NCBI GenBank assembly: GCA_963720575.1
Contig: CAVRGA010000002.1
Coordinates: 5,149,209-5,213,208 of the forward strand
Source: an uncultured Actinomycetota bacterium
GTDB lineage: Bacteria; Actinomycetota; Actinomycetes; Streptosporangiales; Streptosporangiaceae
DNA length: 64,000 nt
Direction of reading: 5' to 3'
This document shows, one piece after another, positions 30,416-39,118 of this stretch (position 1 is the stretch's first letter; each line of letters starts with the position of its first letter). A model generated the notes under the pieces. It made no database searches. It was given only the letters and a program-made list of their open reading frames with translations, and had not been told where the DNA came from. Position numbers and translations under genes: made by a program.

Positions 30416-30871
30416 CTACTTGTGCGGCTTCTTGACCGTGATGGTGATGGCGTTGCTGTGGCTCGCGCGCAGATGCGGCGTGCTCGCGGTATCGCCGGCG
30501 AACTTGGCCTCATAGTGCGAGGTCCGCGACGGCGCCGCGATGGTGAAGGTGAACGCGCCGCCAGTGCCGGTCGCCGCGGTCTCGCCGGTCGAGACGAAGC
30601 TCTTGTGCTTGCGCGACCAGGTGAACAACGTCACCATCTCGCCGCTGACGCCCTTGCGGTGAGCCCTGAGCACCCCGCTGATCGCGTCCGTGTGGTGCCT
30701 GGCGTGCGCGACGGCCTTGTTGTTCAGGTGCAGGAACGTAACCTCAGCCTTGGCCGGCTTCTTGCCGCTGACCGCGGCACCCGCCGTGCCGGCGGTCAAC
30801 AGGACGCCGCTGGCGGCCAGAACGGTGACAGCAGCCGCGGAGCCCAGCCGGGCGGCCAGAGATACGCGCAT
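30416..30871 (-). CDS. Small secreted protein, unknown function.
   Basis: Start MRVSLAARLGSAAAVTVLAASGVLLTAGTAGAA (signal peptide). About 150 aa. Confidence 0.5.
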   Translation of the reverse strand: MRVSLAARLGSAAAVTVLAASGVLLTAGTAGAAVSGKKPAKAEVTFLHLNNKAVAHARHHTDAISGVLRAHRKGVSGEMVTLFTWSRKHKSFVSTGETAATGTGGAFTFTIAAPSRTSHYEAKFAGDTASTPHLRASHSNAITITVKKPHK

Positions 30872-31065
30872 GGAGTGTCTCCTTCGGTGGGGGAAATGCA
30901 GCACCCAGGCTGCAACGGAACTGCTACTACAGCGATGCCGATCACCCCGGCGTTACTGCGCCCCATGATCGGCAACCGCGCTAGCCCTAGAGCCGCCTGC
31001 CTGTGACCTGAAGGCGTACGCTCATAGGCGTAGAACACAGTACATATCGGGGGAAGCGGCTTCAG

Positions 31066-31290
31066 ATGCCTTCTGGATCGCCGGACAGCCTGCTTGGCGC
31101 CATCGGCAGGGTGACCGTGTCCATCCCAGCGCATGGCCCTGGTGAGGTTCTCTTGCCGGTTCGGGGCGGCACTGAAGCGTTCGCTGCCTGGTCCGACGAG
31201 CCAGTCGCCAGGCACAGCCGCGTGGTTGTCGTCGAATGCCTGTCCGCACGGTCGGTTTTCGTTTCCATGCTTTCCACCCGTCCGGCTTGA
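31066..31290 (+). CDS. NfeD-like OB-fold small protein (short form), partner of the flotillin gene.
   Basis: GEVLLPVRGGTEAFAAWSDEPVARHSRVVVVEC resembles the NfeD C-terminal beta-barrel. Positioned immediately upstream of an SPFH gene. Start is uncertain. Confidence 0.3.
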   Translation: MPSGSPDSLLGAIGRVTVSIPAHGPGEVLLPVRGGTEAFAAWSDEPVARHSRVVVVECLSARSVFVSMLSTRPA

Positions 31291-31325
31291 GGGCCGGCCG
31301 GGCGCGTACTCATCGAGGAGTCGAG

Positions 31326-32672
31326 ATGATGTGGTGGCGGGTACCCGCGCCGAACGAGGCGCTGCTGATCTCCGGTTCGAAGGGGCGCAAGGACGGCTCC
31401 GAGCAGTTCCGGATCGTCACCGGTCACGGTGCCATGGTCCTGCCGATCAAGCAGAAGGCCCGGCTGCTCTCGCTCGCCCTGCGCGAGGCCGAGATCGTCG
31501 AGGACTGCATCACCCAGCAGGGAATCAAGCTCAACGTCCGGGCCGTCGCCGCTTTCAAGGTCGGCGACGACCCGGTCTCGATCGCCAACGCGGCCCGCAG
31601 GTTCCTGGCTGAGCAGGACAAGATGGAAGTGCTGGTCGGCCGGGTGTTCGCCGGGCACCTGCGGTCGATCATCGGCGGCCTGACGGTCGAGCAGATAATC
31701 CGGGAGCGCGACCGGGTCGCCCAGGAGGTCAAGGACGGCAGCCACGGCGAGATGGAGAAGCTCGGCATCGTCGTCGATGCCCTGGAGATCCAGGAAATCG
31801 AGGACGCCTCCGGTTACATCAACAATCTCGCGGCCCCGCATGCGGCGGCAGTCGCCAGCGCAGCCCGCATCGCCCGGGCCCGGGCTGATCAGGAAGCCGC
31901 TCAGCGCGAGCTTGAAGTAGCCGCGATGAAGGCTCAGTACGAGCGCGATACCGAGATCAAGAAAGCCGGCTTCCTGGCGGAGACCGAGCAGGCCAGGTCA
32001 AGGGCCGCCCAGTCCGGCCCGCTTGCCTCGGCTCAGGCGTCGCAGGAAGTCATCGAGCAGCAGACAGCGCTCGCCAGCAGGCAGGCCGACCTGGCCGCGC
32101 AGCGCCTGGAGGCAGAGGTGCGGCGGCCCGCCGACGCCGAGGCCTACCGCAAGCGCGCCATCGCCGAGGCCGACCGCGACCAGGCCAAGCTCGCCGCGGA
32201 AGCCGACGCCTATCGCAAGAGAATGCTCGCCGAGGCAGACCGCGACCAGGCCAAGCTCGCTGCCGAGGCCGAGGCTTACCGCAACACCACGATTGCCGCG
32301 GCACAGGCCACGGCCGCCAAGCTGCAGGCCGACGCGGCAGCCTACGCCGAGAGGGCGACGGCTCAAGGTGAAGCCGACGCGAACGAAGCCAGGGCCACCT
32401 CGCTCCGCGCGGGTAACCAGGAGCTCATCGCAGCCAGCCGTCTCATCGAGCAGCTGCCCGTGCTGGTTGAGGCAGCAGCGCGCGGCATCGCCGATTCCAA
32501 CCTGACTGTCCTGAATGGCGCGCAGGGCGTCAATGAGCTGCTTGCCGGCCTGGTAGGCCAGGGCCTGTCGATTTTCGAGCTGCTCAAGAAGTCGACTGCC
32601 GCAGCAGTCGGAGAACTCCCGGCCTCCGATGTGAACGGAAAGGCCGCGCCCAAGGCCACCGCTCCGCACTGA
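31326..32672 (+). CDS. Flotillin-like SPFH/band-7 protein.
   Basis: Start MMWWRVPAPNEALLISGS. SPFH core. Long Ala/Glu-rich coiled coil with repeated AEADRDQAKLAAEA (flotillin EA repeats). Confidence 0.8.
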   Translation: MMWWRVPAPNEALLISGSKGRKDGSEQFRIVTGHGAMVLPIKQKARLLSLALREAEIVEDCITQQGIKLNVRAVAAFKVGDDPVSIANAARRFLAEQDKMEVLVGRVFAGHLRSIIGGLTVEQIIRERDRVAQEVKDGSHGEMEKLGIVVDALEIQEIEDASGYINNLAAPHAAAVASAARIARARADQEAAQRELEVAAMKAQYERDTEIKKAGFLAETEQARSRAAQSGPLASAQASQEVIEQQTALASRQADLAAQRLEAEVRRPADAEAYRKRAIAEADRDQAKLAAEADAYRKRMLAEADRDQAKLAAEAEAYRNTTIAAAQATAAKLQADAAAYAERATAQGEADANEARATSLRAGNQELIAASRLIEQLPVLVEAAARGIADSNLTVLNGAQGVNELLAGLVGQGLSIFELLKKSTAAAVGELPASDVNGKAAPKATAPH

Positions 32673-32997
32673 CAAAGTGCCCAGAGCCCGGATGCTGATG
32701 ACGACCCGCCGAGATCCGCTCAGCACCACAACGTTAAAGCTGAAACCAATTTTCTTAATGAAAAATTTGCGGTGCCTGGACGTGCACTCCTGAGGCCAGT
32801 GCAGCCGGCCTGCCAGCGGAAGCCACCCGCCTGGTGCGCCTTAGTAACATCTTCCGTAATCTACTGGTTCATAGATTTTCCCGATTACAAGGTATATCGT
32901 GGGCGTAGTCGGGCGTGCTCAAGATAGCTAGAACGTCGGCTATCGCCTTGGGCATACGGATAGTTAAAGATCGGTACAGTCCTGTATGCTCCCCCTC

Positions 32998-33378
32998 ATG
33001 GGCGAAATAGAAGAAGGGCCGCCACCTGTCCTTGTGACCATCGGCGATATTTCCTGTACATCCCAGTCAGTTATCACGCCTTCAGGGAGCCACCCCATCA
33101 AGGATGTGGTGTGGTCCGTCAACGACATGACTTCCACCGTCCGGGTCATTCCGGTCTGGGCGATTATTCTGACAATCATTACTTTTTGGTTCTTTCTTAT
33201 TGGGCTACTCTTCTTGCTCGTCCGGGAGACCAGGACGACCGGGAGCGTTCAGGTGGCCGTCCAGGGCGCGAATTTCTTCCATTCGACGCAAGTTTCCGTG
33301 AGCAGCCCAGCCCAGGTGGCCGATGTCAACTCGCGGGTCGGATTCGCGCGCTCGCTGACCGCTGGCGCGACCGCCTAG
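32998..33378 (+). CDS. Small membrane protein (one TM), unknown function. First gene of the ATPase/toxin operon. GC content is atypical.
   Basis: MGEIEEGPP…VIPVWAIILTIITFWFFLIGLLFLLVRETR. Codon usage is AT-richer (att/ttt/ctt) than its neighbours. Preceded by an AT-rich leader. Confidence 0.45.
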   Translation: MGEIEEGPPPVLVTIGDISCTSQSVITPSGSHPIKDVVWSVNDMTSTVRVIPVWAIILTIITFWFFLIGLLFLLVRETRTTGSVQVAVQGANFFHSTQVSVSSPAQVADVNSRVGFARSLTAGATA

Positions 33379-33402
33379 CTGGCCGGATCTCAAGGGGGGC
33401 AC

Positions 33403-35271
33403 ATGGTGCAGGATCTTCCGGCAGAGCGGCCGGAGCCAGCAGTCGCCGCGCAGGAGATCAGCCTCGCTGAGAAGCTGTTCGTGCCGGCGGAGAGGTGGGG
33501 GTGGGAGTACGCCGAGCCCGCGAGGCTCGAAGTTCCGGCCCGGCTCCAGCAGAAGCCCGAGTGGCGCGAGCCCTCGATCACGGCTCGGCCCCCGGTGCCG
33601 CTGACTCGTTCCGCGCAGCGACCGCCGCCCCGGCTGGGCTGGCGCCTGGCGGTCTTCATTCCCGTGACGCTCATCTGCCTGCTGATCGCCGTGCATGCTG
33701 CCGGGATACTCGTCATTCCGCTAGTACTCGGCCTCATCCTGTTCGTGCCGATGGCGTCAGCGGGCACGCGGCAGCCCGCGGTTGGCCCGCATGACCTCCG
33801 CCAGGCGGAGTGGAGCAAGTATCAGCAAGAGCTCAGGCTGTGGGAAACGGCGGTCGCCCAGCACGAGCATGCCGAGGTGGCTCGCCTGGCGGGCATGCCC
33901 GTCTGGTATCCGCTCAGCACCGATGCCGCCGCCCGCCGGGTCGACATCGTGGGCGGCACCGGCGACGGGTGGGCCGCCATGCTGGCGACATTCGGCATGT
34001 CAGCGCTCGCGAACGACGACATGATGCTGCTGCTCGACTTCTCTCAGCATGACGTCGGAGGCGGCTTAGCCGAACTGGCTTCCGTGCCCGATCTGGCGGT
34101 GGAGTGGCTGCATCTCCCGGCCGATCTGGCCGCGATTGACCTGCTTGACGAGCTCGACGCCGAAGCGTGCGCCGAGACGATCGCCGAGGCGGTCGCGACG
34201 CTGCGGCCTGTGCCGGGAAACGCTGATGTGCGCGCCATGCACGCGGCGTTCCTCCGCACCGTCACCAGCAGGCTCGACGGGAGTCTCACCTTCGCCCGGA
34301 TCGCCGCCGGCCTGCGGGTCCTGCAGCGACGCTACGACGACACTGGCGAAACGACCCCGCTGGCCGCGCAGGAGCTACGGGCACTGCATGCCCAGGTCGA
34401 TACCGTCGGCGGCTCGGAACGAGCTGATGGCGAATTGTCATTCCTGTGCGAGATGCTCGAGCTACTGGCTACCGGAAGCGTTACCGGAGTCAATGACCTG
34501 CGATCCTGGCATCAGGCACAGCTGACTGTTATCGCCACGGACGATCTCAATGAGCGCAGGAAGGACCTGATCGACAGGGTGCTGCTTCAGGTGGTGCTCC
34601 AGCATCTGCGCAGGCGCCGTTTCGGCAATGGCCATGGGCTGCTCGCTATCGCCGGGGCCGACCACCTTGGCGCGGTTACGCTGGAAGCGCTGACCCGGCA
34701 CGCCAGGCTTAACGGCGCCCGCCTGATCCTCTTCTTCGAGCATCTGCGCGCCGATGCCGTTCAGATGCTCGGCGGGTCCGACAGCGCTGCCATATTGATG
34801 CGGATGGGAAACGCGCAAGAGGCAGCGGCGGCCGCCGAATTCATCGGACGGGCCCATCGTTTCGTTCAGAGCCAGCTGACCAGGCAGGTCGGCCAGACGA
34901 AGACCGTGTCAAGCGGAGTTACAGGCGGCGGACAGTCAGGGCTCAGCACGACGTCCGGTCAGAGTTCGGGACACAGCCACAGCGCTGGCGCGATATCGCG
35001 GCATTCTTCCTGGCATTCGTCAGTCACGGACTCTCGCATGCTCACCTGGAACGAAACAAAGAACTGGTCGACGGCCTCGTCGGTTACCGAAGGCGAGACG
35101 TCCCAGCGCGTCTATGAATTCGCCGTCGAGCCCACCGAAATCCAGTCGCTGCCGCTGACGGCGTTCATCCTCGTGGAGTCCGGTCACGGTGGCCGCCGCG
35201 TCACGCTCGGGGACTGTAATCCCGGGATCGTGACGCTCGACCGGGTGTCGGCCGCGTCCCGTAGCGCCTGA
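33403..35271 (+). CDS. Membrane-anchored protein (2 TM) with a degenerate P-loop NTPase-like domain, paralogous to the downstream ATPase.
   Basis: 622 aa. TM hairpin LAVFIPVTLICLLIAVHAAGILVIPLVLGLILFV. VDIVGGTGDGWAAML…DDMMLLLDFSQ lines up with AFVCGATGAGKSQTV…PWLVIEPAKS of the next gene, with the Walker A Lys replaced by Trp. Ser/Gly-rich C-terminus. Confidence 0.55.
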   Translation: MVQDLPAERPEPAVAAQEISLAEKLFVPAERWGWEYAEPARLEVPARLQQKPEWREPSITARPPVPLTRSAQRPPPRLGWRLAVFIPVTLICLLIAVHAAGILVIPLVLGLILFVPMASAGTRQPAVGPHDLRQAEWSKYQQELRLWETAVAQHEHAEVARLAGMPVWYPLSTDAAARRVDIVGGTGDGWAAMLATFGMSALANDDMMLLLDFSQHDVGGGLAELASVPDLAVEWLHLPADLAAIDLLDELDAEACAETIAEAVATLRPVPGNADVRAMHAAFLRTVTSRLDGSLTFARIAAGLRVLQRRYDDTGETTPLAAQELRALHAQVDTVGGSERADGELSFLCEMLELLATGSVTGVNDLRSWHQAQLTVIATDDLNERRKDLIDRVLLQVVLQHLRRRRFGNGHGLLAIAGADHLGAVTLEALTRHARLNGARLILFFEHLRADAVQMLGGSDSAAILMRMGNAQEAAAAAEFIGRAHRFVQSQLTRQVGQTKTVSSGVTGGGQSGLSTTSGQSSGHSHSAGAISRHSSWHSSVTDSRMLTWNETKNWSTASSVTEGETSQRVYEFAVEPTEIQSLPLTAFILVESGHGGRRVTLGDCNPGIVTLDRVSAASRSA

Positions 35272-35286
35272 CGCGGCTGGCAGCAC

Positions 35287-38205
35287 ATGCGGCAAGAGGC
35301 CGGCGATCACGCGGCGGCGCCCTGGACGAGCTACCGCTTCGTCCAGCTGCTGGCCGTACCCCGGTCAAAGCGGCCCGCGTCAGCAGCGCGGGACGCCGAG
35401 CCGGACCCGGGTTACCGTCGCCTCACTCAGCTGTTCGCGGCCCTGACATCGGCACATGCGACCTTGTCCGGTCATCGGGCTGACGGCGCCGGGGCGTTCG
35501 CCATGGCGTGGTTCCGGTCACCGGCTCAGGCGGATCACCGCGTCGTGCTCGGCGGGCAGCCCGTCCTCCCCTGGTCAGCGGCAGTATCAGCGAAGCCGGC
35601 GAAGACGCTGCGGATTCCCTACCCGCCGGGCGCCCTTGTCCGGGAGCTTCCTGCCGGCCAGCTGGGCGGCTGGCTGACTGAGTTCCCGTCATGGGTGGCG
35701 TGCACGGCCGTGCCGGACGCGCTGTGGACTAAAGATGACGGCAAGGCTCGGGACGGCTCCTTTGACGACTACGCGGCTTGCCTGTCCGAGCCGTTCGCCT
35801 GGGTCGTGCTGGCCGAGCCGCTACAGGCCGAGGAGCTCGACGAGGAGCTCACCAGCCTCGAAACGCAGATTCCCAGGATGCGGCAGCGGCAGAATTCCGA
35901 GGCCGACCGGGTGCGCCTGGAGCGTTCCGAGGCGCGATACCGGGAACTAGCCAGATCCAGGATCTACGGCACCTGGAGCGTGCGCGTGCTGGTGGGCGGC
36001 ATGAACGTCGCCCAGGCGCGCGCTACGGCGGCGTTGCTCTGCGGCGCGAGCGAGCTGGGCGGCCTGCCCTACGCGCTGACGCCTTCGGGAGGCTGCGGCT
36101 CGCAGGAGAGCCTGCTCCAGGCTTTCGCGCACCGACGGGCCGGAGATGCGCCGTTCGCGGCGAGCACCGAGATGGTCGCCGCCCTGGCACGGCCGCCCGA
36201 GAAAGAAATGCCTGGCATCAGGGTGATCACCCCGCCGACCTTCGACATCACCCCTGAGCACTCGACCGGGACCGGGTTCAGCCTCGGAACGGTGCTGGAC
36301 GAGACGCTGACGTCCGCAGGTGAGTTCCTGCTCTCCCCGGCGACGCTCAACCGGCATGCCTTCGTCTGCGGGGCTACCGGCGCAGGAAAGTCACAGACCG
36401 TGCGGTCCCTGCTTGACGCTCTGGCCACCAGCCAGCCTCCGGTGCCCTGGCTGGTGATCGAGCCCGCCAAGTCTGAATACGCCCGCATGGCAGGCCGGCT
36501 CGCGGGCCGCGGCAAGGTGACGATCATCAGGCCGGGCGACTCGACGTCGGTGCCAGGCTGTCTTAACCCGCTCGAGCCTGAGCCCGGATTCCCGATCCAA
36601 ACCCACATCGACCTGATCAGGGCGCTTTTCCTGGCTGCCTTCGAGGCGTACGAGCCGTTCCCTCAGGTACTCAGCCACGCCCTGACCCGCTGCTATCAGA
36701 ACATGGGCTGGGATCTCGCGCTGAGCGAGTCGCGCCTGCCCGGCATCACGCCCGCTTGGCCGACCCTGACCGACTTGCAGCGCGAGGCGCTCTCGGTGGT
36801 CGAGCACATCGGCTACGGCCGGGAGGTGACCGCCGACGTCAGGGGCTTCATCGACGTCCGGATCAGCAGCCTGCGACTTGGCACCCCAGGCCGGTTCTTC
36901 GAAGGCGGCCATCCGCTCGACCTGGCCAGCCTGCTGAGCAGCAACACCGTCCTGGAGCTCGAGGACATCGGCAACGACCAGGACAAGGCATTCCTCATCG
37001 GCGCCGTCCTCATTCGCGTGGCCGAGCACCTGCGCCAGCGCTGGGGCCGGTATGAGGGCGAGCTGACCCTGCGGCACGTCACCGTCGTCGAGGAAGCGCA
37101 CCGGCTGCTCAAGGTCGCTGAGCTTGGCAGCCCCGCCGCCCACGCCGTCGAGCTGTTCGCCGCGCTGATCGCCGAGATTCGCGCCTACGGCGAAGGCATC
37201 GTCGTGGCCGAGCAGATCCCCGGCAAGATAGTGACCGACGTCATCAAGAACTCAGCGCTCAAGATCGTCCATCGGCTGCCCGCTCAGGATGACCGGCTCG
37301 CCGTCGGGGCGACCATGAACCTCGACGAACGGCAGTCACAGTACGTCGTCACGCTGCCGCCAGGCCAGGCGGCGGTCTTCGCCGACGGCATGGACCATCC
37401 GGTACTCGTCGCGATGCCGTACCGGGAAGAGCAGGAAACCGCGACCGGGGCGAGCCGCGAAGTTGGCCTGGCGGGCAGGCGCGGCATGGCCTGCGGCACG
37501 CAGTGCCGGGTCCGAGCCTGCACGCTGCGCGAGATCGCCCTCGGTGAACGGGCGGCCGCCGATCCGCACGTGATCTTGTGGCTTGAGCTCCTCATCGTCG
37601 CCCACCTGGTCGGCGAGCCAGAGCCCAGGCCGGACCGCACCTGGCTGGCCGGCCTGCGGAAAGCAGCCGACCGCAGAACGCTGGAGTGCGCCGTCGCAAA
37701 CAGGATCGATACGGCGATCACGAGCCGCTATGGCGAGCTGGTCAGCTTCTACCAGCCGGAATCGCTCGCGGCCCACGTCGCCGACTGCGCCATGCGCTGG
37801 CTGGATGGCGCGGCCGGCAGCTGCGAAGGCAATGAGATCGGCTGGCAGGCCGGCCGGTACCGGTGGATCGACGTCGTCAGGTCACTGCACGACGGCACCC
37901 CGAAGGACAGGCCCCATCCGGCCACCGCGAGCTGGCGTGCCCGCGGCCTCGAGCTGCCCGGCAGCACCCAGGCCAAGCAGCTTGAGGCCTGGCGGCGCCA
38001 CCCGGATACGTGGCTGCCATCGCGGACGGTCATCGAGGGCAGGGATAGCCCGCCCGCGTACGAGCGCGCGGCCAGCCAGCTCAGCGACGCCATCGAGCCG
38101 ATCGACCGCCTCGCGCGGGCGGTCACGTTCCTGGCTACCGGCACGGACTGGCCAGAGACACGCCTGTACCCGGAGGCGTGGCGCGCTCGCCGGGAGGCGA
38201 CATGA
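35287..38205 (+). CDS. HerA/FtsK-superfamily (DUF87-like) ATPase with N- and C-terminal extension domains.
   Basis: 972 aa. Walker A AFVCGATGAGKSQTV. Walker B / HerA signature TVVEEAHRLL. Second HerA signature IVVAEQIPGKIVTDVIKNSALKIVHRLPAQDDRLAV. Cys cluster CGTQCRVRAC in the C-terminal domain. Confidence 0.75.
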   Translation: MRQEAGDHAAAPWTSYRFVQLLAVPRSKRPASAARDAEPDPGYRRLTQLFAALTSAHATLSGHRADGAGAFAMAWFRSPAQADHRVVLGGQPVLPWSAAVSAKPAKTLRIPYPPGALVRELPAGQLGGWLTEFPSWVACTAVPDALWTKDDGKARDGSFDDYAACLSEPFAWVVLAEPLQAEELDEELTSLETQIPRMRQRQNSEADRVRLERSEARYRELARSRIYGTWSVRVLVGGMNVAQARATAALLCGASELGGLPYALTPSGGCGSQESLLQAFAHRRAGDAPFAASTEMVAALARPPEKEMPGIRVITPPTFDITPEHSTGTGFSLGTVLDETLTSAGEFLLSPATLNRHAFVCGATGAGKSQTVRSLLDALATSQPPVPWLVIEPAKSEYARMAGRLAGRGKVTIIRPGDSTSVPGCLNPLEPEPGFPIQTHIDLIRALFLAAFEAYEPFPQVLSHALTRCYQNMGWDLALSESRLPGITPAWPTLTDLQREALSVVEHIGYGREVTADVRGFIDVRISSLRLGTPGRFFEGGHPLDLASLLSSNTVLELEDIGNDQDKAFLIGAVLIRVAEHLRQRWGRYEGELTLRHVTVVEEAHRLLKVAELGSPAAHAVELFAALIAEIRAYGEGIVVAEQIPGKIVTDVIKNSALKIVHRLPAQDDRLAVGATMNLDERQSQYVVTLPPGQAAVFADGMDHPVLVAMPYREEQETATGASREVGLAGRRGMACGTQCRVRACTLREIALGERAAADPHVILWLELLIVAHLVGEPEPRPDRTWLAGLRKAADRRTLECAVANRIDTAITSRYGELVSFYQPESLAAHVADCAMRWLDGAAGSCEGNEIGWQAGRYRWIDVVRSLHDGTPKDRPHPATASWRARGLELPGSTQAKQLEAWRRHPDTWLPSRTVIEGRDSPPAYERAASQLSDAIEPIDRLARAVTFLATGTDWPETRLYPEAWRARREAT

Positions 38206-38840
38206 CTGAACTCAGGGAGCCCGAGCCGCCCGTCATCGACCAGGCGGAGCTGAATGACCGCGCCGGCACCCAGGATGCGCCAGCAGCCCAGCGAGACGCC
38301 GAGCTGATCCCAGCACCTCGGCAGCAGGAAGTGCGGGACACCGGCACGACCGACGACCAGCAGGCTGACAACCCTCCGCCCAGCGTCGACGGACCGCACG
38401 AGTCGCCCGAGAGCTGGGCCGGCGACATCAACCCGGCAGACGACCGGGCCAACTGCGGCGACTGCGCGCGTGCCAGTCAGCAAACCTGGGAAGGCGATCC
38501 GCGTGCGGCGGCGATGTCTGCGGACACCGACGGTGAGCCTCCAGAACGGATGGCCGAATGGGCGGGCGAGACGCCCAGGGAGGTCACCATGGCTGAGGTC
38601 GGCGAGCGACTGCAGGACCTTGGGCCGGGAAGTTCCGCGATCGTCGGCTTTGATCGAGAGGACGACGTCGGTCACTGGTTCAATGCCGTCAACGATGATG
38701 GAGAGATCAAGGCAGTGGACGGCCAGAGCGGGGCCGTTGAGCCGTGGCCGCCTACCGTGGACGGACTCGGTTTCAGCGAAGCTGAGATGAGTTACTCGGA
38801 CGCCATTTTCTTTGATCCATCAGGGAGGACCGTTACGTGA
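38202..38840 (+). CDS. Papain-fold toxin-like protein (Tox-PL-type Cys-His-Asp/Gln catalytic triad) with an acidic, disordered N-terminal half.
   Basis: ATGA overlap with the ATPase stop. NCGDCARASQQTW (Cys nucleophile motif), …SSAIVGFDREDDVGHWFNAVNDDGEIKAVDGQSG (His and Asp/Gln). The arrangement matches papain-like polymorphic-toxin domains. Confidence 0.55.
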   Translation: MTELREPEPPVIDQAELNDRAGTQDAPAAQRDAELIPAPRQQEVRDTGTTDDQQADNPPPSVDGPHESPESWAGDINPADDRANCGDCARASQQTWEGDPRAAAMSADTDGEPPERMAEWAGETPREVTMAEVGERLQDLGPGSSAIVGFDREDDVGHWFNAVNDDGEIKAVDGQSGAVEPWPPTVDGLGFSEAEMSYSDAIFFDPSGRTVT

Positions 38841-39115
38841 TTACACACGACGATGCTGAGCGCATCGCGACCGATATCCTCGGGGCACCCGGCCCGGTCG
38901 AGGATCCCGACTGGAGGCTCGTCGAGTTCGACTCAGGCTGGCTCATCAAGAAAAAATCCCAGGGTCGGCGCGGCGGTGTGACCAGGGTTATCGAACGCTC
39001 ATCCGGTGAGGTACTTGAGTTTCCATCGAGCATCTCATCTCGTCGCATCCTGGATGATTTCGCGGCGGTAGCAGATCGCGGCCGCGTCAATAAGGACGCG
39101 CGTGGCGGAGGCTGA
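38837..39115 (+). CDS. YrhB-like immunity protein.
   Basis: 92 aa. ATGA overlap with the toxin stop. MITHDDAERIATDILG…WRLVEFDSGWLIKKKS…VIERSSGEVLEFPSSISSRRIL matches the YrhB-family pattern (MI..EA..IA…GW…G…FPSS). Confidence 0.55.
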   Translation: MITHDDAERIATDILGAPGPVEDPDWRLVEFDSGWLIKKKSQGRRGGVTRVIERSSGEVLEFPSSISSRRILDDFAAVADRGRVNKDARGGG

Positions 39116-39118
39116 CCA

